64,000 nucleotides of DNA from Octopus sinensis. Its lineage: Eukaryota. The stretch's first letter is position 1; every line of letters starts with the position of its first letter. Shown piece after piece: positions 25,827 through 40,195 of the stretch. The translations under genes were made by a program, and so were the position numbers. A model generated the notes under the pieces. That model was not told the origin of the DNA and did not search any database. It saw only the letters and a list, made by a program, of their open reading frames with translations. The stretch spans positions 16,740,001 to 16,804,000 of the forward strand of contig NC_043021.1 of assembly GCF_006345805.1 (NCBI RefSeq), read 5' to 3'.

Positions 25827-26790
25827 CACTATAATAGCAGCAGCATTTAAGGCACCTTAGGACCAGGTGTTAGTATTAAACCCTGGTGATGGATTAAGTC
25901 TATCATCTGATCATAAAGTGGTGGGTTCAGTTCCTGGACTGGGCAGTGCATTGTCTCTGAGCAAGGCACTTAATTCCACGTGGCTTCAATCAATTCGGCC
26001 TGAAAATGAGTACCAGTGGTATACTAGGGCAGCCCTATCTCCCTCCAGTTGTCACATCATGGATGCTCAGCTTAGTCAAGGGTTAGGATTGCTAAGAGGA
26101 TAGTGATGGTTCGGCTTTCTAGGAAAACATCACATTATTTTATGTCCATTTTTCCATGCTGTCATGGGTCAGATGATTCCACAGAAGCTGGCAAGTCAGA
26201 TGTCTACTCTCTGCTTTGGCATGGTTTCTATGGACTGGATGCCATTCTTAATGCCAACCACTTTACAGAGTGTACTGAACACGCGTGCACACACACACAT
26301 GTCAGTTGACCTATGATGAAAGATATTCCAACTGTGAACATCCCCTTTCATATTATTATTTTACTTAAAGGTGGTGAGCTGGCTGAATTGTTTGCGCATC
26401 AGACAAAATGCTTTGTGGCATTTCGTGCATTCTGAGTTCAAATTCTGCTGAGGTCGATTTTGTCTTTCATCTTTTTGGGGGTTTAACTTTGCTTTTCATC
26501 CTTCCAGGGGTCGATAAAGTAGGTACCAGTTGTGTACTGGGGTTGATGTAATTAACTTACCCTTTCCTGAAATTGCTGGCCTTGTGCCAAAATTTGAAAC
26601 CATTTTATTTTTTATTTTATTTTATTTATTTGTTTGCTTTCCAGATATAATGTACCTAGGGTTATATTAACCAGTTTGCACCTTCTTTTCTTAAGAAGTT
26701 CAAATGTGATGTGAAGAATGTCCTGCTGCTATTTCTTCTAACAGGTCAAGTACCTATGTAGAGGTTCCCACTTTGGATGAAGCAATATGT

Positions 26791-27136
26791 TATTTACAAT
26801 TGACAGATATTTGTCCTCATCTTGTTTGTTGTTAACACGTTTTGGCTGATATACCCTCGAGCCCTTCATCAGGTGTCTTGGGGAAGTTTCGAACCTGGGT
26901 TCTCATTCCTAAGGTATTTTTCGATGTTATTATTATTCAGGTCACTGCTTGGAATTGAACTCGGAATCTTGGGGTTAGTAGCCCGCGCTCTTAACCACTA
27001 CACCATATGCCTGTAGAATGAGAACTCAGGTTTGAAGTTTCCCCCAAGACACCTGATGAAGGCTGGAGAGTATTTCAGCCGAGATGTTGTGTTAACAACA
27101 AACAAGATGAGGACAAATATCCGTCAAATGTAAATA
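26791..27136. mobile_element. Inverted pair of Penelope-like fragments with degenerate hammerheads around a SINE piece
   Basis: Arms 26791-26908 and 27016-27136 are reverse complements (about 80-85 percent by eye). The right arm has ACAC-CTGATGA-A-GGCTG...CAGCC-GAGA-TGTT-GTGT. Confidence 0.65.
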
Positions 27137-27395
27137 ATGTAAATAATTCCTCATCTCTTGAACATAGCACTGTATAAACAATGTTTGTTTGTTTGTTTGT
27201 TAGTTAGTTTGTTTGCTCGCTCAGTCACTCCCTTTCTCCCCTCTCCCCCAGATCAGCACTTTTTATCTTGTACCTTCTTGTTTCAGTGATTGGGTTGTGG
27301 CCATGCTGGGGCACCCACCGTAAACAGAAACAGCTGGTGGAAATGTTTGAAACGAGCCTTATTTCTCTTTTTTTTTTTCTCTCTTTCCGTTTTAG

Positions 27396-27527
27396 CAATG
27401 TTTCAGTTAATCGTCCCCTAAAGACACTGGAACAACGAGAAGCTGAATATGCTGAAGCCAGACTGAGGATCATGGGATGTGCAACTGGCTATGATGGCCA
27501 ACAGACACAATTGCCTTCAGACAATAG
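27396..27527 (+). CDS. SZRD1: SZRD1 SUZ-domain exon (NVSVNRPLKTLEQREAEYAEARLRIMG...DN)
   Basis: KTLEQREAEYAEARLRIMG matches the SUZ signature KSLAQREAEYAEARKRILG. tttag acceptor, gtgagg donor, 132 nt. Confidence 0.95.
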
Positions 27528-27549
27528 GTGAGGCTTGCTCTCTTATCTT

Positions 27550-27927
27550 TTACCTTTCGCTTGTTTCAATCATTGGATTGCGGCCGTGCTGAACAAATTG
27601 ACCCCGTTACTTAACTTTTAAGTTTGGTACTTATTCTGTCAGTCTCTTAAACTGAACCACTTTGTTACAGGAATGTAAACAAACCAACACTGGTTGTCCA
27701 GCAGTTTGGTGGGAACAAGCGCAAAAAACATGTATCCATGTACACACGCACATATATACATACACACACATGATGGTCTTCCTTCAGTTTCTGTCTACCG
27801 AGTCCACTCATGAGGCTTTGGTAGGCCCGGGGTTATAGTAGAAAAAGCTTGCCCAAGGTGCCATACAGTGAGACTGAACCCAGAACCATGTGGTTGGGAA
27901 GCAAGCTTCTTACCACACAGCCACGCC
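27550..27927 (-). mobile_element. SINE family A copy (diverged), SZRD1 last intron
   Basis: Reverse-complement consensus match. Confidence 0.75.
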
Positions 27928-27929
27928 AG

Positions 27930-28600
27930 GTGATTGAAAGAGTAGGATTGCAAATGCAAGAGGCCAAAATGGGGTTCCTCTGAAGGGTCTCTGGAGTAAT
28001 GTTACTCAACATGGTTCATAGGTCAGAGGTCAGGGGATCTCTCCATATCAAGCCACTACTTCTCCACATTGAGGGGTCACAACTCTGTGTGATTAGAATG
28101 TCTCAAGAAAGAATTTCAAGATGGGTCCTTCAAGCTGAGCCAACTGGTGGGTGACCTAGGGTGGATCAAGGACGAGATGGTTGCATAAAATCCATTAGTC
28201 TCAGTGAGTTATGAATGTTGGGTAATGACCAAAAGAGTACATTCGCGAATACAAGAAGCCAAAATGGGGGTCTGTTAAAGGTTCTTTTGAGCAATATTAC
28301 TTGACTGGGTGCATTACTTGGAGGTGTGAGTCTCTCCAGGTCAAGCCATTATTTCTCTGCATTGAGAGGTGACAGTTCCGGTATTATGAACATGTGATTA
28401 GAATATCACAGGAAGGAATCGCATAACACATTCTTCAAACCAAGGGAGCAGGAGACCCAGGGGTGGACCAAAAATGAGATGGTTGGATAATGTCCATAGT
28501 CTGAGTTGGTCAAGCCTGGGAATCCAGCAGGAAAGTGTAATGACGGTTGCTTCCGAGAGGACCCTCTGGAAAAGGGCCTGAGGATTCTAAGCCCATCAGC
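27930..28600 (+). mobile_element. Two tandem decayed RTE (Rex3/Expander-like) LINE 3' fragments
   Basis: Frameshifted peptides QEAKMGFL*RVSG...KPLLLHIE... and MRWLDNVHSLSWSSLGIQQE..VASERTLW resemble the RTE ORF C-terminus. Confidence 0.65.
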
Positions 28601-28689
28601 CTGCTAGAAATAGCAAGTGGAAGAGATAGATGGAAATTAAGCCTAGGGGAAGGGGCAGAGCCCATGACTTTTGCAATTCCTCTAAGACA

Positions 28690-28810
28690 GGTCAGTTTGG
28701 TGCCATTTAAGTTCCATTTAAATGATTTGAGACCAACACCTGTCAGAAAGATATGACCCAGGATCAAATTCCAGACGGTTGATGTTCTGGGAAGGAATGA
28801 ACAGGCATAG
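28690..28810 (-). mobile_element. Short CR1/L2-type LINE 3' fragment
   Basis: YACSFLPRTSTVWNL...LKSFK resembles the SFFPRT..LWN.LP motif. Confidence 0.5.
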
Positions 28811-28921
28811 GGGTTAGGGTGCATTTGGATGCACCCAAGTGAGGGTGAAAGGTGGGGGCTGAACCCAAAACCATGTGGTTACACAACAAAAGCTTCTTAA
28901 CCATAGAGCCATGATAACTCT

Positions 28922-29310
28922 CTTTCTTTCTCTTTTACTTGTTTCAGTCATTTGACTGTGGCCATGCTGGAGCATCGCCTTTAGTTGAGTAACTCGACCC
29001 TGGGACTTATTCGTTGTAAGCCCAGTACTTATTCTATCGGTCTCTTTTGCCGAACCGCTAAGTGACGGGGACATAAACACACCAGCATCGGTTGTCAAGC
29101 AATGCTAGGGGGACAAATACAGTCACACAAACATACACGCACATACATATATATACGACGGGCTTCTTTCAGTTTCCGTCTACCAAATCCACTCACAAGG
29201 CTTTGGTTGGCCCGAGGGTATAGTAGAAGACACCTGCCCAAGGTGCCACGCAGTGAGACTGAACCTGGAACTATGTGGTTGGTAAGCAAGCTACTTACCA
29301 CACAGCCACT
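28922..29310 (-). mobile_element. SINE family A copy, SZRD1 last intron
   Basis: Reverse-complement consensus match, ending about 90 nt before the last acceptor. Confidence 0.88.
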
Positions 29311-29397
29311 CTTGCACCTTTTTTTTTTGCTTTGTTTTGTAATTGTTTTTCCTTTTTATATATTTATATATATCTATTTTTGTTTTCTCTTTTCCAG

Positions 29398-29509
29398 CAA
29401 ACCTGTGAAATTACTGCAACCATTGGATTATTGCAGTCCAGACAACAACATAGTCCGTCAACCAAAGGGTCCGGATGGCAGCCGTGGTTTCATTAGTGCA
29501 CAGAGGTAG
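29398..29509 (+). CDS. SZRD1: SZRD1 terminal coding exon, SUZ-C motif (..NNIVRQPKGPDGSRGFISAQR*)
   Basis: ttccag acceptor. The sequence matches the SUZ-C motif NNVIRQPxGPDGSxGF, ending at a TAG stop at 29507-29509. Confidence 0.95.
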
Positions 29510-29579
29510 TTGTCGGAAACTGGAGGGGGTAGAAAAAATATGGCTGTAAACCCCTCACTTGGAGAAATCAAAAGATATC

Positions 29580-30122
29580 AAGCTATATATATATATATAT
29601 ATATTTATGTGTGTGTGTATGTATATATATATATATATAATGGTATATACATGAATATATATGTATATACACACACATATCTATATAATGATATATATGT
29701 ATGTAATACATGTATATGTATGTGTGTGTGTATGTATATATATATAATGACATGTAATACATGCTTGTGTGTGTGTGTGTGTACATGTATATGTACACAC
29801 TCCTATATTAATGCATCTATGTATATATGTGTGTATATGTATGTATATGTGCCTGTTTATATATATATATACATATATACACACACACACACATAGACAT
29901 ATATATGCACTTATATGTGTGTGTGTGTGTATATATACACACACACACGTGTGTATATATGTGTATATATGTATATATGTGTGTATATGTATGTATATGT
30001 GCCTGTTTATATATATACATATATATACACACACACACACATAGACATATATATGCACTTATATGTGTGTGTGTGTATATATATATATACACACACACAC
30101 GTGTGTATACATGTTTGTATGC

Positions 30123-30158
<36 letters not shown>

Positions 30159-30280
30159 GTCTATACATATGTGTGCATATACATGTTTGTATGTATATAT
30201 ATATATACATACATATACACACACATACACTCATACATAAACACACACACATATATATATATACCGACATACTCGAGAAA
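29580..30280. repeat. Compound (TA)/(GT)/(CA) microsatellite with higher-order repetition, just 3' of the SZRD1 stop
   Basis: The block gcctgtttatatata...catagacatatatatgcacttatatgtg is repeated. Confidence 0.9.
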
Positions 30281-30672
30281 AAGAAAATAACACCCAACAT
30301 CGTTATTAATGTATTGCTTTTGAGAATTACACACTTACAGACACACACACACAAACAGTGGGGGTGGGGTTTGGTGGGTGGGTGGGGGAATCTATGTCTG
30401 TACCTGTTGCCATGGAGACTACTGCTATCACACCATTGTAAAAAAAAAAAAAATAATAATAATAATAATAATAAAACAAAAGAAAGTAAAAATGCAAAAA
30501 AAAAACCCCAAACAAACAAACAATAACAAGACAATAATGAAAAACCATCCTACTTGTCCCTGTCCTTCCTTCTCCTCCCCTGGAGAGAAGGAGGGAGGGG
30601 GGAGGTTGGGGGTAGGGACTTCGGTCTTCACCCACCCACCCCCTTCCTGTTGTACCTTCGTCCAACCAACCA

Positions 30673-30712
<40 letters not shown>

Positions 30713-31164
30713 GCCCTTCTTCTTCAACACCATCAAAGTTTTGTAGTGACCCAATCTTAAAAACTGTTCTCTTAATTAACAAACAAACAAACAAAAAAAA
30801 AACAACAACAAAAAACGGAGAAGAACAAAAGAACAAGAAAAAGAAAAAAACAGAATCCTTTAAAAAACACCCAAAAAACATGAGATAAACATCCTGCTTC
30901 TTCCTCTTCTTCTACTCTTTTTGTCTTTTATTTTTGATGCTTTTATTATTATCATCATCATCACCATTATCATCATCATCATTATTAATATTATCATCAT
31001 TATTATTATCATTATTATTATTATTATTATTATTTAGGTGGTGAGCTGGCAGAATTGTTAGCACATCTGACCGACATGCTTAGCGACAATTTCCTTGCAG
31101 TGCTTTATGTTCTGAGTTCAAATTCTGCTGAGGTTGACTTTTACCTTTCATCCTTGTGTTGGTC

Positions 31165-31211
<47 letters not shown>

Positions 31212-31626
31212 CAGTTACACACTGGGGTTGATGTATTCAACTAAACCCCTACTCCACATTCACACACCCCATCCCCCAAATTGCTGCCTTGTGTTAAAAT
31301 GTGAAATTATTATTTTATCATTATAATAATAATAATATAATAATGATAATAATAATAATAATGATTATTATTATTATTTATTTTTTTCATTCACTTAGGG
31401 CGAATGACCAACAGGTTTTGTTAGAGCATTGGGCAAAAAATAAGTGCTTTGCAAATATTTCGTTTCTTCAGCTCTTGGTGTCCTGAGTTCAAAAGCCACC
31501 AGGGTCAACTTTGCCTTTCAAAAATTTAAGTACCAGTCCCAAGTACTGAGGTCAATCAAATGTAAGCCCCTTCTCGCTAAAAATTGCAGGCCTTGTGCTA
31601 AAATTAGAAACCGTTTATTATTATCA

Positions 31627-31667
<41 letters not shown>

Positions 31668-32019
31668 TCCATTATTCATGCAGAGTTGGTTGTTTGTTTT
31701 ACATTTGTGTGTGTGTGTGTGGTGAGTGAATGATCTAGAAAAGGAAGGAAAAAAAATTGATGCAAGGTTTTAAGCAAATGAGAAGGGGAAAAAAAATTAA
31801 GAGATGACCATCCCCTCTGGAAAAATGGCAAAAAAGATAATAATGACCACTCATCACATGACTCAAGGATTTCCTTTAATTTTTTTTTGTGTTTTTTGTT
31901 TTTCTTTTGTTTAATACGTTTTTGTGTTGTTGTATTTGTTGGAGTTTCTGTTTTTATCGTTTCATTTTTTTCTTTTTCTTATTTTTTTCAACATTCTCTT
32001 TTTGATATATTCTTTTAAA

Positions 32020-32520
32020 TGCTTGTGTGTATGTATATGTATGTATATATATGTGTGTGTTTGTGTTATATATATATATAGAGAGAGAGAGACAGATGTT
32101 TGTGTGTGTGTGTATATATGTATGTATATATATATATATATATCTGTATATGTATGTATATATATATTTCTATATGTATGTATATATATATATATATTTC
32201 TATATGTATGTATATATATATTTCTATATGTATGTATATATATATTTCTATATGTATGTATATATATATTTCTATATGTATGTATATATATATTTTTATA
32301 TGTATGTATATATATATTTCTATGTGTATGGATATATATATATTTGTATGCATATGTATATATATATATTTGTATCCATATGTATATATATATTTGTATG
32401 CATATGTATATATATATATTTATGTATATGTATATATATATATATGTTTATATATACGTGTGATGTATGTATATACACACTCATGCACATTTATGTAACT
32501 TATATGTATAATTATATAAT
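32020..32520. repeat. Compound microsatellite with repeated tatttctatatgtatgtatata units
   Basis: Direct inspection. Confidence 0.9.
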
Positions 32521-33904
32521 TGCAAGTCCACTTTTTTTTATCCATTTGACAGTTTTTCTTTCCACCTCTCTACCAAACATCACATCCTGTTTGTTGGCAG
32601 CACAAACCATCATCATCGTCTCTCTCTGCCAGCATACCACATGCTTACTCACAAGAGGGAAAAGAACTACGCAGAGCTTCTTAAATAAGACCACCCTCCC
32701 TCTCACCCTTTCCGCAAAGATTCCCTCCCACCAATGTCAAGGCTTTAAGGGGTTAGTCACAGGTAGCTTGGTCTGCTAATTGGATTAGGTTTAATGTCTC
32801 GAAACACTGCTTAATCTCTTTAGTGATTCTAAATCTACAAAGTGTTGCAAGTAACAATAATCTGCAGAAGGTGAGAATACAGGAATTTATTATTTTTTTT
32901 TTACATTGTGGCAATAGAGTATATTTCGAAGAATTTGGAGGACATGAAGGCTGGCTCCCTCAAACCCCTAATCTTCTGTAATCGTCTCCTCTGGGTTGTT
33001 CATCATTTTCATACACACATCTTGACCATTTTATTAGGGGATATAAAAATTTTAACCTCTAGTATATACGTACGTACATACAGACACACGCACACATATA
33101 TATATATGTATGTATATTTATGTATATTTTTTTATGCAACATGCTAAGGTTCATTTGGGTTTGTTTTTTGGGGATTTTCTCTTTTTCTGTCTTCTTGGTG
33201 TTTAACAGTTTTTTTCTGTCTTTTTTTTTTTATTTTTTATGCGTGATGAAAGAAGTAATTAATTTTAAAAAGAGTTTTTTTTATTATTTTATTTTTAATG
33301 AATGTTAATTAACATCGTTAATGTTCTGTGTTTATTTTTTTTTAATTGGTGGTGAAGCGTAGGAGATTCAGACACACACACACACACATACATACACACA
33401 TACATACACTTACAAGGATATGCATCTGTATGAACACATTTATATTCATATATTTTTTAATTAATTTTTATTTTAAAAGGGTCAGATATGAATGACAATC
33501 ATAAGCTTGTCTTTTATTCTACTGTACTCACACACACATCTAAGAAGTATACAAATCCTATAAAAACACCCACCCCACCCCCACTTTGCTCCAAAGCGTT
33601 TTTATTTGGGTGCTCAATACTTTGGCATGAAAATCCTTATTCTTCAAATATGTTTTGTCCTGCTGGGGAAACTGCACAAAATTGTTTTTTTTATTTAATT
33701 CCTATCAACAAACTGTAAGGTTTATTTTGATTAATTAATAATATATTAATATTTGAAAATCTCCTGTTAATTTCAAATAGAATCTATATTATTAATATTC
33801 ATTATTATTATTATTTTAAATCCAGGTTTGGTTTCTAAAAATTCCATTTTGTTGAAATTTGGTAGTTGCATGATTGCATTATATTCTATGCAGGAAGGTT
33901 ATGT

Positions 33905-33937
<33 letters not shown>

Positions 33938-34435
33938 TATTATGTATGTATGTATGTATAGCTTGAATTTTTACTAGAATTTTTTAATGAAGTTGTATTT
34001 AATTTGAGGGCCAAAATTCATAATTTAAATTGTAACAATAGTTTAATAGGTGTTTAATGGTGAAAAAGTGCAGTATACAAAATCATATTTAGTTAAAGTA
34101 GACAGGAGGTGTAAAGGACTTTGTAATGAGTAAAAATGAGTTCGTTTAACTTACTACGTGCAAATAATAAGAATGATAATAACACCAACAACCATAAGGG
34201 AAAGGAAATTGAATCAAATTTTGGCTTTGATGGTCGTTTAGTCATAATTAGTATTGTGAATAATGTAGATTTAGTATGGTTAATTATGTGGTATCTTTTT
34301 TTTTTTTTTAGTAAAACGCGGTCAACAACCTTTTTCACGTCACCTCAGATCTCATACCTATTTATGTATGCTTATGTCGTGTATGTATTCAAACACATGC
34401 GCAAATTTTTTTATATACATTGGGTTCACACCTAC

Positions 34436-34470
<35 letters not shown>

Positions 34471-37400
34471 TCCTTAGAGCAAAAAAACAAACAAATCAAC
34501 ATAGTTACGTCTGTGTGGTTATTTAATTTTTTTTTCTTTTATTCTAATTAAAACTGAGTTCATTGATTTTTAAATAAATTGGAAGAAAAAAATTTTGTCA
34601 CTTTATTTAACAATGTTTTGGGAAATTATTATTTTTAAAGAATTCATTTTTTTTTTCTTTTCTTTCTTTGTTGTATTTTTTGACGTTGATAATTAATTGT
34701 ATGGTCGTCATTTGTGGAAGGAAATATTTTGTAATGTGTAAAATGGTGTAATGCTGCTCAACATTTTATGAAATGTTTTTTACAAAAAAATTTGGTCAGG
34801 TCAGTGATGACGATGACGAATTTGTCTGTGTATGTATTTGTGGGGAGGGGTATCATGCTTGTGTTTGGTAGCAGCGTCAGAGGTCAAAAACAATCTCTGT
34901 TACCTGCAAAGTAGGTACCAACTTATACGATGCCCTGTTGTGTATAATGAATGTCATTCTATGTGTGCAATGTTGGGCCAGGGGTTTGTCTCCAACAATA
35001 AGACAGACCAGCGCCGACTTTTAAAGATGAGGTGTCTCTTTGGCTGCTCTGTTGCCCTCTTAACAATCAACAATAATTTCCACAATGGTGTATATTATAA
35101 ATAATAATAATAGTAATACTTTTAGCATGTTTTTTTTTTGTGATTTTAATTGTTTTATTGTATTTTTCTTTTTAATACTATTTTATTTCTTTTCTATTTG
35201 GCCAGGAATATTAAGGGGTTTTTTTTTTAAAAATGTTTATTTTATTCAGCAGGTGGGGACAAAGCATGAAAATTACTTGATGCTTCCATTGGCAACTTGC
35301 CCCCACCCCCTTCCCTTTGTCTTTCTGCTTCTTACTTCTCCTCTCCTTCCCCCTCCCCCTCTCTCCCTCTTCATCAAATGAATTTTCCCATTCATCCCCA
35401 CCCCACCCCCCATGCTCCTGCCAGGCATACCACTGCTGCCACCGCCAACCTCATTAACACTCAAAACAATTCTCGCCAGTTTTGTGGGTTGTGTAGTGGT
35501 GAGTGCCGCAGTGCAGTGCAAAATGAGCCTGAAATTGAATCTGCATCAGGGTTTCAATTCCAGGTCTGCTCATTCAAGTTCATTTCACTTAATTTTTTTT
35601 TTTTTTTTCATTTCATTTCAAGGCCATTCACACACACACACAGCTTCCATTTTTCTTTTTCCCCACTAAATTTTTAAACACTTTTGTGTCTAGTCAAAAC
35701 AAATATGAAATCACACAATAACCCAATCTAGCCATGGAAGGAAGTGAGGGACAGATGGGAGAGGCTGAAGAACATTCTAAGTTGTATAAAATTGCTTGGA
35801 AAGATGGATGGGCCAAACAATAAGAAAAAAAAAGGTGATTGTTTATTTGCATCAATAATAATAATAATAATAATAATATAATATATTTATATATATATAT
35901 ATATTTATGTATGTATATTTTTTTTTCTGAAGGAAATGGTGTAAATTTTGGCTTTTCTTGAAATGGACAACTAAACAAGGATAATAATAATAGAATTCAA
36001 AGCAATGGGTTAAAAAAAAAACAATGAAAGAAGAATAAGAATATTCATGTGATGTAATTATCCATGAACTCGTTAAAATGGCTTACACAGACACTCCAGT
36101 ATTCTCAACTCCAGCTCCCCACCCCCATCAGCCACCTGCCCCACTCTGACCCCTCCCCCCCTTCTGGTCATCACATTCTGCAGCTTTCTTCAAGCTAATG
36201 GTTGTCTCAAGGACCTTAACCTCTTCATCTGTCATCGTTAGTCCACACCAACCAACACCACAATGCCCTCTCTCTCTCTTTCTCCTGCTCCACTGACACC
36301 GCTCCTCCTCCCCCTTTTATTTTTTTATAATTGAAATTTTTTTTTACCTCCCCCCATTGATTCATCCGTCCAAATCTTCTTTGCTTACTGCTCAACTTTC
36401 CGTTTCAGTTTGAAAGTGGATAAAATGAAATATTGGTCAGAACCTAGAAATTCAGTTTAATTAACAAAAATTATTATTATTATTCTAATAATAATAATAA
36501 TCTCATAATAATGAATTTAAATTACAAAAATTTAAATAAGTAGAAAAAAAATTCTGCAAAAAAAAAAAAGAAAAAGCTCTACAGCTGTTTCACAAGCTAA
36601 CAACAAGATGTGGTTCTGTGTGAAATGTTCCATTGTGAGTGAACTAAAAAGATTTGGCTGTTCTGTTGCAGCAGCAAGAGGGGGGATTTGGGGGAGTGAC
36701 TATATATGGAGTAAAAAATTATTTGGGGTTAGGGGTTAAAGGACAAGGGCATTTTTTAAAATCATCCTCATTTTCCCATCCCCTAGAATGTGGTTCCTAA
36801 AAAATTATACACACACATGCAAACAATGAGATATATTTACACAAACATATGAATATATATATATAACACATACATGCAAACATGGTTTATATATACGCAC
36901 ACACAATTATGTGTATATATATATTACATATATAATATACACATGCACACATATACATTCATTCACTCATACTTTATATAAAATATGAATACATGCAACC
37001 AGTGATTATATGTACATCACACACACACAACATTGTGTACATATTATATAATTATAGAAACCTATATCTATAAATTCATACAGACATATATATGTATGTA
37101 CACATATATATATATATGTATATATATGTATGTATGTACACATACACACACAGAACAAAAGCAGGTGATAGCGATGAGAAACAAAAGAAAAAATAAACAG
37201 ACCGACGCCAATGCTTGCTGCGCCGCGTTTATGCAAGGAAACATGCCTGATTGACTTGGCTAATTAATGACAAAGATTCTACAGAAATGAGCGGGTTTTT
37301 GCTGTTGTCATTTATATTCGTCTCTGTGGTATTTTTAGTATGTTTTTTTTCTTTCTTTCTTTTATCTTTTATCTTTTTTTAAACTTATGCTTTCGTTGTT

Positions 37401-37904
37401 ATGTCTATAGTCGACAGGCCAATGTTTCAAGAGGAATTCTCCCTAATTTGGTGAGAATGTACATTGTGATGATGATGATGATGATAAGAAAGAAAGGAAG
37501 TTAATAAAAAAAAAAATAAATAAAATAACCTTAAATTTGTGTGAGGCCTTTTTGGTTTCATGTAGAGTTGAGTGTCTTGTCAAAGATGCTAATCTAATAC
37601 GAAGCCTGCAGTGGGAATTGAACTGTGATATTAAAGAACTAGCAATCCAGTACGCATTATCCGCTCGGGCCATTTGTATCTTGCAATAATAATAATAATA
37701 ATAATAATAATGTGGTATTTAGTTACTGCCGTTTATTGTTCTGAGTTCTAATCCCGCCGTGGTTGACTTTGCCTTTCATCCTTACAGGGGTTGATAAAAT
37801 AAAGTACCAGTCATGCACTGGGGGTCGATTTAATCGGATGAGTTTATAAAATGTCAATAATGAATATGCTTATCAATGTATACATGTTTGTTTCTGTGAC
37901 AATA

Positions 37905-38367
37905 TAAATATATATATATATATACACACACACACACGTATATACATATATGTATGTGTATATATACATGAATATGTGTGTCTATATATATACATGAATA
38001 TGTATATATACGTCTATATATACATGTGTGTAATTATATATATACACATGTATATATGTGTACCTATGTATGTGTGTATATATAGGTATATATATACATG
38101 TATGTGTGTGTATATATATATACATACACATGCATGTATGTGTGTATATATAGGTATATATATATACATGTATGTGTGTGTATATATATATACATACACA
38201 TGCATGTATGTGTATATATATAGGTATATATATACATGTATGTGTGTATATATACATACACATGCATGTATGTGTATATATATAGGTATATATACATGTA
38301 TGTGTGTGTATATATATATATATACATACACATGCATGTATGTGTATATATATAGGTATATATACAT

Positions 38368-38400
<33 letters not shown>

Positions 38401-38628
38401 GGTATATATACATGTATGTGTGTATATATATATATATATACATACACATGCATGTATGTGTATATATATATAGGTATATATACATGTATGTGTGTATATA
38501 TATATATATACATACACATGCATGTATGTGTATATATATAGGTATATATATATATACATGTATGTGTATATATATATATATACGTACACGTGCATGTATG
38601 TGTATATATAGGTATATATATATATAAG
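37905..38628. repeat. Microsatellite-derived minisatellite (tataggtatatatacatgtatgtgtg...catacacatgcatgtatgtg repeated about 9 times)
   Basis: Direct inspection. Confidence 0.9.
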
Positions 38629-39839
38629 CTCATACACAGTGTTCTAAAATCTGATGCCCAGTTTTAAAACACCCATGCAAAAAATCATACTAAAACTAGG
38701 TTATATTTTCAGGGTACCATGTGTGTGGGCATATATGTATGTATATAAATTTGTGTCCTGCTGCCTATGTTAGCAATCAGTAAAAAATGATAAACAACAT
38801 TATAATGGCTTGTTTCTTAGGCACAAGACGAAATCACCAGTATCTTACTGGTACCCAAATCTAAATAGTATTTCTATTTTCCCATTTTTTTTTGTTTTTA
38901 AATTTTAATTTTAAAAAATTAAAATTAAAGAAAGGAAAAAATTTTTTTAAAAAAAGCAAAGAATTCAAGTATGTTGCAATTTTTTCCAGAAATAGTTTTT
39001 TACTGAATTTGAAAATTCAAAAAATAAAAATTGACAAAAAAATAACAAAAACAAGAAAATCCAACATAATCTGTACACACAACATATTATATATACATGT
39101 ATAACATCATATAATGCATACACACACATTCATATATACACATGAAATTGCATTGTATCCTTTGAGTTTGGACACTGATCAAGGTTACATATATAAGATA
39201 TATCTAATATATATATATATCTAATATATGTATATTATATATGCACACACATATATATTTGTAACATGTATGTATAAGATATATATATATATGAAATTGG
39301 TGCAAAGAATGGAATTTTTATAAAGTATGCAAAATCCATCAATTATAAAATAAATGAAAAGGATAACGCATGAGACCTTGTCTGAAGTAAGCGATATTTA
39401 TCAGTGAACATTTTAAACGAGCCACCGACCGACCGTGTCACCCTCCTGGCTTGTTTATGCTGCTGTTGCTCTTGATGTTTTTGTCTCTTGAATGCTGAAA
39501 CAATGAAATCAACAAATAAATAATAAGTTAAACAAACAACCTTTTTGTTTCTGGTTTTGATTTTCGCTTTCTGCAAAAAGTGTTTGAAACAGTTGTTAAG
39601 AAAGAAAAAAAAAAAAGAGAAACTTAAATTTTCTGCCTCTGGGTAAAAAATTTTCCTTTTTTTTTGCTCTTTTTGTATTTTTGTTTTAATTAATAGATAA
39701 CAAAAAATTTAAGTCATTGATATGTGGAATGAAACTTCCAAATATTTCCTGTGTATTAAGAAAAAAAGAAATGCCAAACACAAGAAACAAAGTATATATA
39801 TATATATGTGTGTGTGTGCATATGCATATATATATATAT

Positions 39840-40195
39840 AGTGGCTGTGTGGTAAGGGGCTTGCTTCTCAACCGCATGGTTCCAGGTTCACTCCCACTGT
39901 TTGGTACTTCGAGCAAGTGATTTCTATTATAGCCTCAAGCCAACCAAAACCTTGTGAGTAGATTTGGAAGATGGAGACTGAAAGAAGCCCGTCCGATATA
40001 TATGTATATTTTTGTGTCCTCCCCACCATTGCTTGACTACCAATGCTGGTGTGTTTATGTTCCGATAACTTAGCAATTTGGCAAAAGAGGCTGATAGAAC
40101 AAGTACTAGGCTTACAAAGAATAAGCCCCAGGGTCAATTGCTTTGACTAAAATCTCCTTAAGGTACTGCTCCCGCATGGCCAAAGTCAAAATGAC
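39840..40195 (+). mobile_element. SINE family A copy (diverged)
   Basis: Consensus match. Confidence 0.78.

Noticed and set aside
34800-34830. C/D snoRNA (GTGATGA box C-like)
   Set aside because: There is no convincing box D or terminal stem, and it is not in a defined intron.
35297-35677. 126-aa ORF with a CGLCSGEC segment
   Set aside because: It is mostly low-complexity with no family resemblance, and I could not link it to other exons. An unknown exon cannot be excluded without RNA data.
29510-38637. Many 70-250 aa ORFs of the [12 protein letters not shown] type (also at about 44490-45160 and 54800-55900)
   Set aside because: They are translations of (TA)n, (CA)n and (GT)n microsatellites, which lack stops in some frames. 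They have no splice or homology support.
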